This document shows positions 26,541 to 40,052 of a stretch of 64,000 nucleotides of DNA, one piece after another. Both the position numbers and the translations under genes were made by a program. Each line of letters starts with the position of its first letter. The first letter of the stretch is position 1. The DNA comes from Eledone cirrhosa (taxonomy: Eukaryota), in the NCBI GenBank assembly GCA_964016885.1, contig OZ024740.1, positions 160,394,001-160,458,000 on the forward strand, read 5' to 3'. The notes under the pieces were generated by a model. It had not been told where the DNA came from, did no database searches, and saw nothing but the letters and a program-made list of their open reading frames with translations.

Positions 26541-26549
<9 letters not shown>
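26149..26549. repeat. Apparently perfect 197-bp inverted repeat with 7-nt spacer
   Basis: 26149-26345 is the reverse complement of 26353-26549. Confidence 0.92.
26203..26356 (-). ncRNA. Type I hammerhead ribozyme with greatly extended stem II
   Basis: TTCATTATTT-CTGAAGA-(about 115 nt; GTATATATGTGTTGG pairs with CTAACACATATATAT)-GAAA-CGATCG-TT-AAATAATGAA. Confidence 0.65.
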
Positions 26550-26601
<52 letters not shown>

Positions 26602-26622
26602 CGTATATATATATATATATAT

Positions 26623-28500
26623 AAATATATTTCGTTTCTGAATTTGTTTAGCAAGATTCTTTATCTGAAAACGAGTGTTGAAACCGATATTGTTATGCTT
26701 TGGGAGGGTCATGTTGCCAATAAGAAACACACGCACCACGTGCTTTCACTCCAATTTATTATAAAGTAAATTTATAAATTTCCCGTTGGTTCTATAACCG
26801 GACGGTTGTTCATATATTGTCAAAGTTCTTTCGTTACTCATTCTGTGACTGGTGATTCTTTTCTTTGTTTTGTGCCTCTCCTTTGTTCTGTGCTACGCCA
26901 TCTTGTTTTTGAGTGTGCTGTGTGCTTAGTTTGCGCATGTGTTACATCCGGGTGTCTGTGTGTGTTTTTATTTGTTTATTTATTTGTTTATTTACATGTT
27001 ACTGGTTGGTTGTTTGTTCTGTGTGTGTATGTGTTTTCATTTTGTCCTTAATTGTAAGATGTGATGTTGCTATTCCATTCATGTTTTCTATTTAATTTTG
27101 GTTGGAGTTCATTTATGTTTATAGCCTCTGTGATTTGTCTAAACACTGCGTCTTTTCTGTGTGTAGATTCTATTTTTATTTCTATGTTCCCTAATTTGCC
27201 CTTATGTTCTATTTTAGCCTGTTGGTGGAGTATTGATGATTCTTTTTTATCAAGAAGTTCTCGCCAGTGTTCATTTAACCGTTCTCCTATACTATGAGCT
27301 GTCTCACCCATGTACACTATATTCTTATCTTTACATTGTCCTTCAGTATATACTACATTTCTAGTTTTACAGTTAATATGGGGGCTTAGTTTACAGATTA
27401 TGCATTTCTTATCTATACAGGGAGGTCTTTGAAAAGGGTATGTATTGCTAATAAGTATTTTTATGGAGGTACCTCGTCTTTCTACTATCTTAATATTAAG
27501 TTTATGTTCATGTAGGGTCCTTCTAAATTTGTAAGCTAATCACCTCTGGTATTTATTGCTATCATACCATGAGTTTATTCTATTAACCTTATTCCTTGTT
27601 CTTTCTATTCTATTCCAAAATTTGTATTATTATTTACCATTTTTTCCCATTTGGTTGACTCCTCTATACACTCTGATTTTATCTCTCTGATTGTAACGAG
27701 AGAACTGCATACAGTGGATGAAGTGTTGTATGTGTCTCTCTAGTTCTTTGGGGTTGCACATGCGGGACACGTTTCTCATCACCCATACCAAATCCGCAAT
27801 CAGTATGTTGATTTTGGTGTGATCCGAAACAGCTGAGTTTTGGTGGATCAGATATTTGGAAGTCATGGGTTTGGCATAATGGGAATGGAGGATTTGTTTT
27901 TTGTTATTAATGGTTTCTAACCAGAGCTCTGTGTCTAGTACAGGTAATCGATGGTTGGGGTGTTTGCTTGGGTAGTCTATAGTAACTCTAATACTCTGGT
28001 GGATGGAGTTAGCTATTTGCTGGATGCTTTCCATGGTGTTTTTCTCTAATTCCTGACTGTTCTCTAGTGGTGGTGTTTTTACTACGATGTTTATATCATC
28101 AACCTAGCGGGAGTACATTATCAGGGTTAAGAGGTTGCTGTCTTCTAATTGTTGTTTAAGTTTAAGTTTATTGTCCCACCATACCATGAATAGGTTAGCT
28201 ATGTCACCTGCAATGCTAACACCAATGGCTGCTCCCTCCTCTTAGGCATATATTTTTCCATTATATTTGAACGTATGTTCCTTAAGGATTAGTTTTATAC
28301 TGGACCCCACTTCATGTGCAATCATTTTCTTTAGTTCATGGTGGTTTTCGGGGGTCAGTATGGCTCTGGTCCACCTGTTCCATCTTTCTGTGTGGGTTTT
28401 CTAGGCCATTGAGGTAATGGTAGGTGGACTGCCTCTTGCTGGTCTTGTAGGGTACAGGTTGCTAAGGTCATATGTATCTAGATAATCATTATTATATGTA
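26623..28500 (-). mobile_element. Degraded PLE (Naiad-type), same family as 333-2066
   Basis: TIDYPSKHPNHRLPVLDTELW and YMGETAHSIGERLNEH; same 3' end; HHR core deleted at about 26820-26855. Confidence 0.9.
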
Positions 28501-28667
28501 AAGCACCAGTAATGTACTGGGTAATTGCTGGCCTTGTGCCAAAAGTAGAAACAATTATTATAGATAAGTTTAAGTAGGAGCCCCAGCTCACTGGTATCAA
28601 TCCCTATATACATATATATATATATAAATATACATATATATATATAAATATACATATAGATATATAG

Positions 28668-28721
<54 letters not shown>

Positions 28722-29029
28722 CTATATATATATATATATATATACATATGAAGAGATAAGTCACTTTCCCATTCTTCTCTGCTAAAATGTATCACTAGAG
28801 CTGATTCCAATTTTTCCAGCCATCCATCTAATCTACGAAGGTATTTTAGCCTACATATTGTCGTTAATATTATGATGTTCCCTGCTGTATTAGCGTTAAA
28901 TTTTCCCTGCTGTATTAGCGATAAATTTTCGAGGGTTTCTCTTAGTAGTTTTTTCATGACGTTATTATTGTTAATTTTACTGATGTAGTATTAACTTGGA
29001 TATTTACCATGCGACCCTCAGTTCCTACC

Positions 29030-32000
29030 TCACAATTTCCCTCCCCCCCACCCCCACACACCACCATAGTCTATTCGACCAATCAAACCTAGCATGCCAT
29101 TTCCACTGCTGCTGCTACTACCTGCCTAACTAACTCTCTCCTCCTCTGGCGCATCCCAACACACCCTGCCATTACCCCACCACCACTATTCTTCTAGCCC
29201 TCAATTTTCCCACCGTTATGGATGGATGAGCTGGGAATACACGAGCAACTCTGAATCAATAGATGAAATATGAATCTGCGAGCTACCAAGCACCCACGTG
29301 AAGCGCCAACCCAGAGACCCTCCCCTACGAGTGTCGACAAATGCCCAAAACTCCGAGTTGGTACCATCAATGTAGGCTCAATGAAAGGAAGAGCAGGAGA
29401 AATCGTAGAAATGCTAGAGCGAAAGGAAGTTGATGTATGCTGTGTGCAAGAGACTAGATGGAGAGGAGGGTCTGCTAGAGTCCTTGGAGGAAAAAGCCAG
29501 TGCTACAAATTTTTCTGGGTGGGAAATGACGATGGGATGGGTGGTGTAGGTATACTATTAGCTGACAAGTGGGTAGATAAAGTAATCTCAGTGTACAGGG
29601 TAAATGCAAGAATCATTAAACTCAGACTAGTCCTGAATAAGACAATTACCACAATAATATCAGCTTACGCACCCCAATCGGGGCTGCCAGACGAACTTAA
29701 GGATAGGTTTTACGAGTCCCTAATACACACTACTGCTCTAACAGACGACAAGGACTTCCTAATCATTGCAGGAGATTTTAACGGACACGTAGGTAAACAC
29801 TGCGACGGCTTCAATAGAGTACATGGAGGCCATGGAGTTGGCACAAGGAATGAGGAAGGATTCAGACTTCTAGAATTCTGCGACGCCAATGACATGTCGA
29901 TATGTAACACAAACTTTAAAAAACCCGACAACCACCTGATCACCTATAGATCAGGGGAGCACTCTAGTCAGTTAGATTTTATCCTCATCAGAGGACGTGA
30001 CAGATGGACGGTCGTAAACACAAAAGCCTTCCCTAGTGAGGAATGTACATCCCAACATAGCTTAGTTGTCAGCGACCTCACGGTCAGAACTAGACGAGCC
30101 CTGAAACAGAGGCCAACCTGGAGAAGAAAGATCTGGAAGCTGAAAGTCCCCTCAACCAGTAACAGATTTAAAGATATTTTACTCAACGCCTACGACAGTA
30201 AAGAAGAACAGATAGAGACATTTAACGTAGAAGAGAACTGGGAGTTCCTAAAAAATAACTTACTAGAGGCGACGGATGAGGTTTGTGGCTGGAGTAAGAC
30301 CTCAAGCAGGAGGAGAGTGACTTGGTGGTGGAACAATAAGGTAGATGAAGCAGTCAAGGCCAAGAGACAGGCATGGAAAGAATGGAAGAACGGGGGGAGC
30401 AGGGTACATTACATAGAGACCAAGAGGGAAGCTAGGCGACAAGTATACTTAGCTAGGAGGGAAGCAGAGGATAGAAAATTCAAGCATGTTTTACAACGTG
30501 AGGACCAGAAACAGGAGGTATTCAAGATTGCGAGGCAGTGTGTCAGAGATAGTTGTGATGTCATTGGAGAGAAGTGTATCCGGAATGATAAAGGTGAGCT
30601 TGCCCTCACAAGTGCTGAGAAGAAAGATGCATGGAAGAGTCATTATGATAGATTACTAAATGAGGAGAATGCATGGGAAGAAGAGACCCTACCCCACGTA
30701 GACCCCATAGAGGGACCAGCAGTACAAGTCAGCGGCAGCGTAGTAAGTAAGGCAATCAGAGATATGAAGATAGGGAAGGCAACCGGTCCATCGGGCATAG
30801 CTGCCGAGATGCTGAAGGCATCTGGGTCTGTAGGTCTCACTATAACCACACGTATCGTTAACTAGGTAATACTAGCAGGGGCCATACCAAAAGATTGGTG
30901 CAGTAGCATCATTGTCAACTGCTACAAAGGTAAAGGCGATGCACTAGATAGAGGAAACTATAGAGGTATAAAGTTGATGGACCAGGTCATGAAAGTAACA
31001 GAAAGAGTTATAGCACAGCTGATTAGGGACCGGGTGAATATAGACGAGATGCAATTTGGGTTTGTACCAGGGAAAGGCACCACTGATGCCCTCTTCCTTG
31101 TGAGGCAATTACAGGAAAAGTACCTAGCTAAAAGTAAGCCACTCTACTTGGCATTTGTCGACCTTGAGAAAGCCTTTGACAGAGTTCCACGTGCAGTAAT
31201 CTGGTGGGCTCTTAGAAAACTAGGAGTAGATGAATGGCTTGTGAAAGCGGTACAAGCCATGTATAGGGGAGCAGTCAGCAAAGTTAGGATTGGCAATGAG
31301 TATAGCGAGGAATTTAGCGTACAGGTTGGGGTCCACCAGGGCTCTGTTCTTAGCCCTCTCCTGTTCATCATAGTCCTGCAGGCAATAACGGAGGAGTTTA
31401 AGACCGGATGCCCATGGGAACTCCTGTATGCTGATGACCTCGCACTCATAGCTGAATCTATGGTAGAACTAGAGAATAAATTCCAAACCTGGAAGCAGGG
31501 ACTAGAGAGAAAGGGCCTCAAAGACAACATGACAAAGACTAAGGTCCTTATAAGTAGACGAGAAAACAGAACCCAGATCCCCTCAGGGAAATGGCCTTGC
31601 TCATTATGTAGGAAAGGTGTAGGTAGGAACTCCATTCTCTGCCCCAAATGCAAACAATGGGTACACAATAGATATAGCGGGATCTCAGGAAGCTTAATTA
31701 AGAATGTAGGATTCACATGCAGCAGCTGTGCTGAAACAGCAAGCAAACAGCCACAGGAAACAAGTACCACCAATCTCTGGGAGGGCCCTGTAGAAACAGT
31801 AGACAGCTTCTGCTACCTAGGTGACCGAATTAGCAACGGAGGTGGGTGCTCAGAAAGTACAATAACTAGGGTAAGAACGGGATGGAAGAAGTTTAGGGAA
31901 CTACTACCACTGCTAGCTGCAAAAGGCTTCTCCCTCAGAATGAAAGGCAGACTGTATGATGCGTGTATCCGAACAGCGATGTTGCATGGTAGTGAGACCT

Positions 32001-32690
32001 GGGCGCTGAAGGTGGAAGACTTACGTAGATTAGAGAGAAACGAAGCCTGCATGCTCCGATGGATGTGTAACAGTAATATACGTGAACGACAAAGCATAAA
32101 GGAATTGAGAGAGAGACTGAGCATAAGAGGAATCAAATGCTGCGTGCAGGAGAGGCGGTTACGCTGGTATGGACATGTGATGCGTATGAAGGATGACAGC
32201 TGCATAAAAAGGTGCAGAGCACTAGAAGTTGATGGAAACTGCGGAGTGGGGAGACCCAAGATGACTTGGGATGAGGTGATAAAAGCCGACCTTACCCAAC
32301 TACACCTCTCAAATTCAATGACACACGACCGTGACTTCTGGCGTCACGCAGTAATGCAGGGTACCCGACCTCCCATGGGTACATGCTGAAGCATATAAAC
32401 AATATGCCCCCCCCCCCCCACCGCAAGGTGGTCGTGGAGGTGCCACGGCAAAAAAGCACCCAGCCCACACTGTAAAGTGGACGTGTAGGCGCCACGAAAA
32501 AGCACCCAGCACTCACTGTAAATGAGGTTGGTGTTAGGAAGGGCATGCAGCTGTAGAAATCAAGCCAGATCAGTTCCTGTATGAGCAAGGCATGGTCAGC
32601 CGACCAGACACTGCCCACAACAGGACAACCCGTCTAACCCATGCTAGCGTGGAAGAACGGACGTAAAACGGTGATGATGATGATGATGAT
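29030..32690 (+). mobile_element. Near-intact RTE-clade LINE (family A)
   Basis: 5' UTR, APE-RT ORF, about 300-nt 3' UTR, (GAT)n tail. Confidence 0.96.
29270..32389 (+). pseudogene. RTE ORF (APE endonuclease, RT, Cys-rich PHD-like insert) with one in-frame TAG at 30863-30865
   Basis: ORFs 29270-30865 and 30974-32389 are in the same frame; motifs GDFNGH, LLYADD, WPCSLC..CPKC..H..CSSC. Confidence 0.9.
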
Positions 32691-32760
32691 ATACATATAT
32701 ACATATATATATATATACATATATACATATATATAAATATACATATATATATACATATAT

Positions 32761-32792
<32 letters not shown>

Positions 32793-33905
32793 TTTACGTC
32801 CGCTTTTCCCTGCTTGCAAGGGTGGGACGGGTCTTATTCAGCACAACATGTCTCCACTCGTCACGGTCCCTCGTCATCTCCACCGTGAGCTTCAATGATC
32901 TGAGGTCTGTTCTCACCACCTCCGCCCATGTTTTTTGTGGTCTACCTCTACCATGTTTTCCTTCAACTGGCAATTCCTGGCACTTCTTCACCCATCGGTC
33001 ATCCTCCATGCGCATCACATGTCCATACCACCTCAGTCTCCTCTCACGTACATTACATTCTATCCCTCTCAGACACAGTTTCTCTCTCAACCATTTTATG
33101 CTGGGTCGTTCACGCACATTTACACTGCACATCCAACGGAGCATGCTTGCCTCATTTCTCTCCAGCCGTCACATATCCTCTGCAGTTGCTGCCCATGTCT
33201 CACTACCATGCAGCATCGCGCTCCTCACTCAGGCATCATACAACCGGCCTTTCGTACGCAGGGAGAAACCCTTCTTCGTCAACAGAGGAAGCAGCTCCCT
33301 AAACTTCTTCCAACCCGTCCTTATTCTAGATACTATGGCCTCGGAACACCCTCCTCCCATGCTAATCTGATCTCCTAGGTACTGGAAGCTATCCACCACT
33401 TCTATAGCGCCCTCTTGCATTTGAAAAATGTGTCTATCAGTGCGACTTCTACTGTCTAATTTCCCTGTACATCTACTGCATACATATTTCTCCCTACCTG
33501 TTAGTTTGCCTGCTATCCCGCTACATGTTTTGTGTACCCAGGATCTGCATTGTGTGCATTTTATAGAATTTATGCCAGTTCCTTTTCTGCATATCGAACA
33601 TGGCCATTTCCCTGACGGAATCAGGGTTTTGTCCTCTTTTCTACTCATCAACACTTTTGTCTTAGCTAGATTCACTCTCAGTCCTCTTGCTTCCAACTGC
33701 TGTTTCCATAGCCATAATTTATTCTCTAGCTCCTCTACTGATTCTGCTATAAGAACCAGATCATCAGCGTAGAGAAGTTCCCATGGACAGTCAGTCTTAA
33801 ACTCCTCTGTTATGGCTTGGAGGACTATAATGAACAAGAGAGGGCTGAGGACCGAACCCTGATGTACTCCTACTTGTATCTGGAATTCCTCACTAAACTC
33901 CATTC
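32761..33905 (-). mobile_element. 5'-truncated RTE LINE, family B, tail-to-tail with family A
   Basis: [27 protein letters not shown]; ORF ends directly before the (ATG)n tail. Confidence 0.92.
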
Positions 33906-35260
33906 CTACCTATATATATATATATACATATATACATATATATATATATATAAATATACATATATATATATACATATATATATATACATATATATATCTA
34001 TATATATATACATATATATATATATCATCATATGCTGCTTATATACAGTCACACCCATTGTAGTCTGTAAACAGGACTCTATACGCCTGTATGTCAACAC
34101 AAAGCAAAGAAAATGAATTGTTTAGAACCTATTCAGCAATCTAGAATACATTAATGTTTAAATGTGATTTCATTTACGCCTTAACACATTCAGTAATCGT
34201 TTGAGGAAAAAGAAAAAGGCTATTTTGTTTCCAAGAATGGAAAGAAAGTGAAAACAAGTGCAGAAGTGAATGGGAATCAGTAGGAGGAGTGATGAGGTAG
34301 TATAGATGATAAAAATAGCTTTGAACTGAAATGCAGCAAACAAACAAAAGCACACAAAAAAAGAAAGTAATGATAAATAGTGAAAGAGTTTGGGAATGAG
34401 TGGATTGGAAAGAAGGAAAAAGAAATAAATGTTGAAAATATAAAAAGTAATGACAATAAATGAAATCTATTAGAAATATGAAACCAGAAAAAAATATTAA
34501 CCCAAAAAAGAAATTGAGGGAAAAAGACCGGAAGCAAAAATTGGTAGGAAAAGATGATAGAATAATGTGTATGATGTGATAATGGCAGTGATGATTCTGG
34601 TGGTGGTGGTGTTATGCGTGGATGGAATAATAAAGCTGGTATGGGTATGTGGAATAATGATATTGGTAAGTGTTGGTAGGATGTTGATGGTTGCGGTGGT
34701 CATTGTCGTAGCAACAGCTGCATTTGTGGTGATGATGATGACATAAAGGTAGTGTTTCTCTCATTTAATAAATAGATTATAATGTGTGCTTTTTCTTGTA
34801 AAATTTTGATGGTTATTGATTTTCTTTTGACATAGTATTGTATTCAGTTCCATAGCAATTTTTGTATAGCCTATCACAGTAACAACTCTTTCCCCCCAAC
34901 ATATTACTGGTAAATGTAAAGAAATTTATAAAATAAATGTATTTGTGGATGCAGACGTGATTGTGTGGGCAAGATGTTTACAATGCAACCATGTGATCCT
35001 AAGTTTTTGTATTCATTCCCACTGTTGGGTTAATGTACTCTGCTATAACATAGCCTTAGGTAAACTAATGTTTCATGTGTGGAATTTGATAGATGTTAAC
35101 TATAGAGAACATTGAAACTATGAAGGCCATGGACACTGCCTCTCCCTCAAGACTTGCAAGGTAATTATATATATGTATGTGTGTGTGTCATTGTTAATGT
35201 TCTTGTATAAAATGGAGAGAACCCCAATTGAAAGTAAAGTATCCAATACATGAAGCAGAG

Positions 35261-35336
<76 letters not shown>

Positions 35337-35458
35337 GTATGTTTGTATGTATGTGTGTATGTGTAAAAGGTAAAATAAAACAACAAAAATAACAAAACGA
35401 ATGGCACAGTAAATGGTAGGAATATATTAGTTTAACAATTGCAATAGCAGGAAAAGAG

Positions 35459-35494
35459 TCTTAATGTTTCAGATGCAAGTTCTTCATCAGAAGA
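35459..35494 (-). ncRNA. Degenerate minimal hammerhead
   Basis: TCTT-CTGATGA-AGA(ACTTGCA)TCT-GAAA-CA-TT-AAGA. Confidence 0.5.
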
Positions 35495-35622
35495 AAGAAT
35501 GAGGAATTAATGATGAAATAGAAAGATTGAGGAGTGGGCAGGTTAGAAACAAAAGAAAAACATGTTTTTGAAATGCGCATAATAAAATACATGGAACTTT
35601 TCTAACCATCTTTTAATTTCTT

Positions 35623-35664
<42 letters not shown>

Positions 35665-35697
35665 AAGAAATTAAAAGATGGTTAAAAAAGTTCCATG

Positions 35698-35768
35698 TAT
35701 TTTATTATGCGCATTTCAAAAACAAATATCATCCAGGGACGATATTTGCGTTCTCATCAGATAAAATA
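35698..35768 (-). ncRNA. Type I hammerhead ribozyme (inverted copy)
   Basis: Reverse complement of 35889-35959. Confidence 0.85.
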
Positions 35769-35888
35769 GCGAGACATGATATGAAGCTTAAAAAAGACAC
35801 TTGTGAGCAAGGTAGTGTCTAAACAACATATAGTTTAGATACTACCTTGCTCACAAGTGTCTTTTTTAAGCTTCATATCATGTATCCC

Positions 35889-35959
35889 TATTTTATCTGA
35901 TGAGAACGCAAATATCGTCCCTGGATGATATTTGTTTTTGAAATGCGCATAATAAAATA
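35889..35959 (+). ncRNA. Type I hammerhead ribozyme
   Basis: TATTTTAT-CTGATGA-GAACGCAAATATC...GATATTTGTTTTT-GAAA-TGCGCA-TA-ATAAAATA; AUA triplet; palindromic stem III. Confidence 0.85.
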
Positions 35960-36080
35960 CATGGAACTTTTTTAACCATCTTTTAATTTCTTCTTATATA
36001 TACTCCAGCCCAATAAACTGTTGAGTGCTACTTATCCGACATTTGCATTGCTTTATTGTGCTACAATAAAACTCACCTCC

Positions 36081-36134
<54 letters not shown>

Positions 36135-36439
36135 AGTTTCCAAAAAACCCACATGACTAAGTCTCTAGAATATAAATTCAAAGATTCAGGTCTAATGATC
36201 TTGGTTGTTTGCTAGAGAAGTAGTACTCAACATTATTAATGAATATTTTTTAAAATGTGAAAGACACATTGGATAATATAGTACTCGAAAATCTCGAAAG
36301 AGTAGGTTGATCAAGGCCTACTCAAATATCACACCTTTGATCATTGGCCTACTCAAATATCACTGACTTCAGGCTAAACAACAACTACAAACAGAAAATC
36401 TCACATAAAAGCACATACTCAAAAACATATAAATCTAAT

Positions 36440-36875
36440 ACTTTGTCCAGCTGTCTCAAACATTCAAACACTCCTTTCAGCTGGTCATGTCAAAAGCAAA
36501 CATCTCCAACTGATCCAGTTGGATCGACAAGCGAGACCAGCCAAGCTCATGGATGTTATCCAACCATCTTGCTTGGGGCTTACACCTGGGTCTCCTGCCG
36601 GTTAATTTTGCTCATAAAATCTGTCCAATGATACTTCCCGGAGACATTCTAACCACATGCCCATAGTATCAGAGCTGTGATCTCTCAATTCAGAGAAGTA
36701 GTGGCTCTACCTGGGGTTATTCTCTGATTTCTAAGCTATGCACTTTATTAAGTAACATTACTCTGAAGATCCTTTGGAGGAACCCCATTTTGGCCGCTTG
36801 TATTTGCAATCGTATTCTTTACATCATTACCCAAGATTCATGACCATAGGTAAGGGTTGGCCTGAAAACTGAATT
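36440..36875 (-). mobile_element. Old RTE-clade LINE 3' fragment (third family)
   Basis: Minus-strand peptides RPTLTYGHESWVM, QAAKMGFLQRI, YGHVVRM. Confidence 0.7.
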
Positions 36876-39603
36876 TAATTCCCATAGAAAATTATGAATG
36901 ATCCTGGTTGGAATGCCTTTCATCACACGTCTGCTAAAGCAAAACTGACTTGAGGCTACATAACAAGTTATCTTCACAGTAGAATTTCTTTGGTAGAAAT
37001 TGCAGACAACTAAATATCTATACTTACTTACGGCCTCAACAACTGATTGCAAAGTGCTGTAAGTAAATATCGCAAAGCATTTTCTCTGACTCTCTAATAG
37101 AGTCTTAACCAAGCTTAAATCAAAAGCAGCCCACAAAATTAATTGGAAAAGCTTCATAGACCATGAGATTAAAACATATTTTTAAGTGTATTATGCAAAA
37201 CATAAAACTCATTTGGGACCATCAAAACTTTGGTATGGATCACTGGTAGTTCACCTGGACCATGGACATCACTGCTCTCATATTGTTGTTAATCCATGAC
37301 TGTCCAGACTGGTGAGGAGAGGAAAGAAGCTATCCTTAAACTGGAGACTTGACACAAATGTTTACAATAGAATTGATTCTGCTAAAAGTACATAAGAATC
37401 AGGTGGTGATGCTAAACTGAGCAATGGATTGAGTCAACTAGCAGAGTAGATCAAAGTAGGAATTGAACTCAGAATGTAAAGAACTGGAACAAACATGACA
37501 AGGCATGTTATCAGACACTCTAATAATTCCACCAAACCACTCACCTTGTTGCAGTACTTTATCTTATCAACCCTGAAAGGATGTTCTGATGATATAAAAT
37601 GTCTTTACATTATTTCTATCATGTAACATTTGAGTGTGGGTTAGAATTTCACTTTTGGAGATTTATCATACTGCCATGGATTGGCATCATAAGTGAAGAT
37701 AGAAATGAGATAGCAACGGTTCTATAAACAATCTTTTCAGAGATGCTTTTGAAGGATGGAGGATTTTTTAATAGGGATTAGCAGGATATGGATGGTTGAA
37801 GGCCATTAGAGATAACTCAACAATGAAACATTCAAACAAGAGCACAGCTGATTAATGAGATAACACACACATGCATCTGCTTATACACCCACATATACAT
37901 TCACCCACATCTAACATTCACCTACACACATTCATCCATACCTGCATGTACATCTACAATATGTATCAATAGATATGGTAGGAAACATTGAATAATGTGA
38001 TTGTGTGTGTGTATGTGTTTGTCTGTGGGTGTTGGACCTCAGTCAGTTATGACAGTGAGTGTTCCAGTTGTTTGAACAAAAGAATAGCCTCCAAGTGGCG
38101 GAGTGTTACATAGATACCTGTAATTCTCAACATACTTCACTGGAAGATTCAGCCTGTCACAGTGTGACATGGTGGGCCTCTTTTTACAGGCTGAGTGCAC
38201 TGGCGCAACATGAAATATAGTATCTTGTTTAAGGATATAATGTGTCACTGGAAATCCTACTTGCAGCCTTATAATTGCTAGCCAAACACCCTAATCACTA
38301 AGCAGCATGTCTATACACACACGTGTGTGTGTAAGTATGCATAGGTATATATAAATGCCCATCATCATCATGATACACCCATTTTTTTAAGCTGGCATGG
38401 GTTAGACGAGTTGTGCTTTTGTGGGTAATGTTAGGTCAGGTGACCATGTCTTGTTCATACCAAACTAAATTTTACTTGGTTTCTACAGCTGGGTGCTCTT
38501 CCTAATACCAACCTCATTTACAGTAAGTACTGGGTTTTATTTTTGTCGTAATACCTCCACAACCACTTTACAGTGTGGACTGGGTGCTTTTTGTCATGAC
38601 ACCTACATGATCACTTTACAATGTGAGCTGGGTGCTTTTTACTGTGTCACCATCATGACCACTTTACACATATGATGGACTCTCCTGTCGATATCCGACG
38701 TATGAGTGTCCAACAAAAGTTAAATGTGAGAAAGTGAACTGATGTTGCACTACCCACACAAAGTTTTGTTTCAAGTGGTGAAGGCTTGTGTAGGACCAAC
38801 CACACTCTTTGGAACTGACGACACATATCTTCGGTGCAAATGTTTGCCTCGGAAAATAGGAGAGCCCTCAGCTTTAAAAAAAAAAAAAAAGTATTTGGAT
38901 GGCCATTGACTCTGCTGAGTTCCTCTGCCCTTTGCTGGGTCTTGTATTTCATCCCGCAGGGTGTCCAAATATGACCCTCCTCACCAAGCAGGCTTGGTGG
39001 GGTTGCCGGTGTAGTCCCTGATGACCTGACATGTATTTATATATTTATATGTTTATGAAGTCTATCAAAAACATATCCGACCTTAGGCTGGGAAAAACAT
39101 ACTACATACTTAGTTCAGTTCAGTCGCTAATCTCTTTTGTAATATGCCCTTGCCTCTATACACTTCCAGTGCTCCTATCATGTCTGGAATGCTTCTTTTT
39201 GTGTAGCTCTCAGGCTTGCTGTTACAGTCCTCATGATGTCATTTCAGCTCTGAAAGCAAGAGCCTTTCAGTGACATTTTCATTTTTAGTAACAATAGGAT
39301 CAGGTCTGCATATATTACAACCTTTCCATATCCTGGAAACGTTTGGAAAAATAATATAGAAGCCAAATAGAGTAAAGTTACTCATGCCTGTGCAGAAATT
39401 TAAGACCCAATAAGACTTGTATAAGACCTTATATACTCTGTCTACTCTATAAGTATAATCCAGAGACAAGTAGAGGCAAGATGACTATTTGATTGTTTGT
39501 ATAACTAAATATCTGTCTACCCATCTATATATCAGTCTATCTATTTATATGTCTGTCTGCCTATCTATGTATCTATGGCAAATAAAGAAACATATCTATC
39601 TGT

Positions 39604-39670
39604 CTGTCTCTACTTATCAATATTGATCTCTCTCTCTCTCTCTCTCTGTGTCTCTACTTATCAATATTGA

Positions 39671-39703
<33 letters not shown>

Positions 39704-39718
39704 ACTTATCAATATTGA

Positions 39719-39751
<33 letters not shown>

Positions 39752-39766
39752 ACTTATCAATATTGA

Positions 39767-39799
<33 letters not shown>

Positions 39800-39814
39800 A
39801 CTTATCAATATTGA

Positions 39815-39847
<33 letters not shown>

Positions 39848-39862
39848 ACTTATCAATATTGA

Positions 39863-39893
<31 letters not shown>

Positions 39894-39906
39894 ACTTATC
39901 AATATT

Positions 39907-39963
<57 letters not shown>

Positions 39964-39972
39964 ATCAATATT

Positions 39973-40007
<35 letters not shown>

Positions 40008-40018
40008 ATCAATATTGA

Positions 40019-40051
<33 letters not shown>

Positions 40052-40052
40052 A
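39604..40052. repeat. Compound minisatellite: about 9 units of CTACTTATCAATATTGATC plus (TC)n
   Basis: Direct reading; period about 44-46 bp with variable (TC)n. Confidence 0.92.

Larger units (their letters stand above)
35562..36083. mobile_element. Non-coding PLE-type element in double fold-back arrangement
   Basis: Arms 35661-35824 and 35833-35996 are inverted; 35562-35626 is mirrored across a (TA)n tract. Confidence 0.85.

Noticed and set aside
39604-40052. CRISPR-like repeat/spacer array
   Set aside because: The 'spacers' are plain (TC)n, the context is eukaryotic and there are no cas genes.
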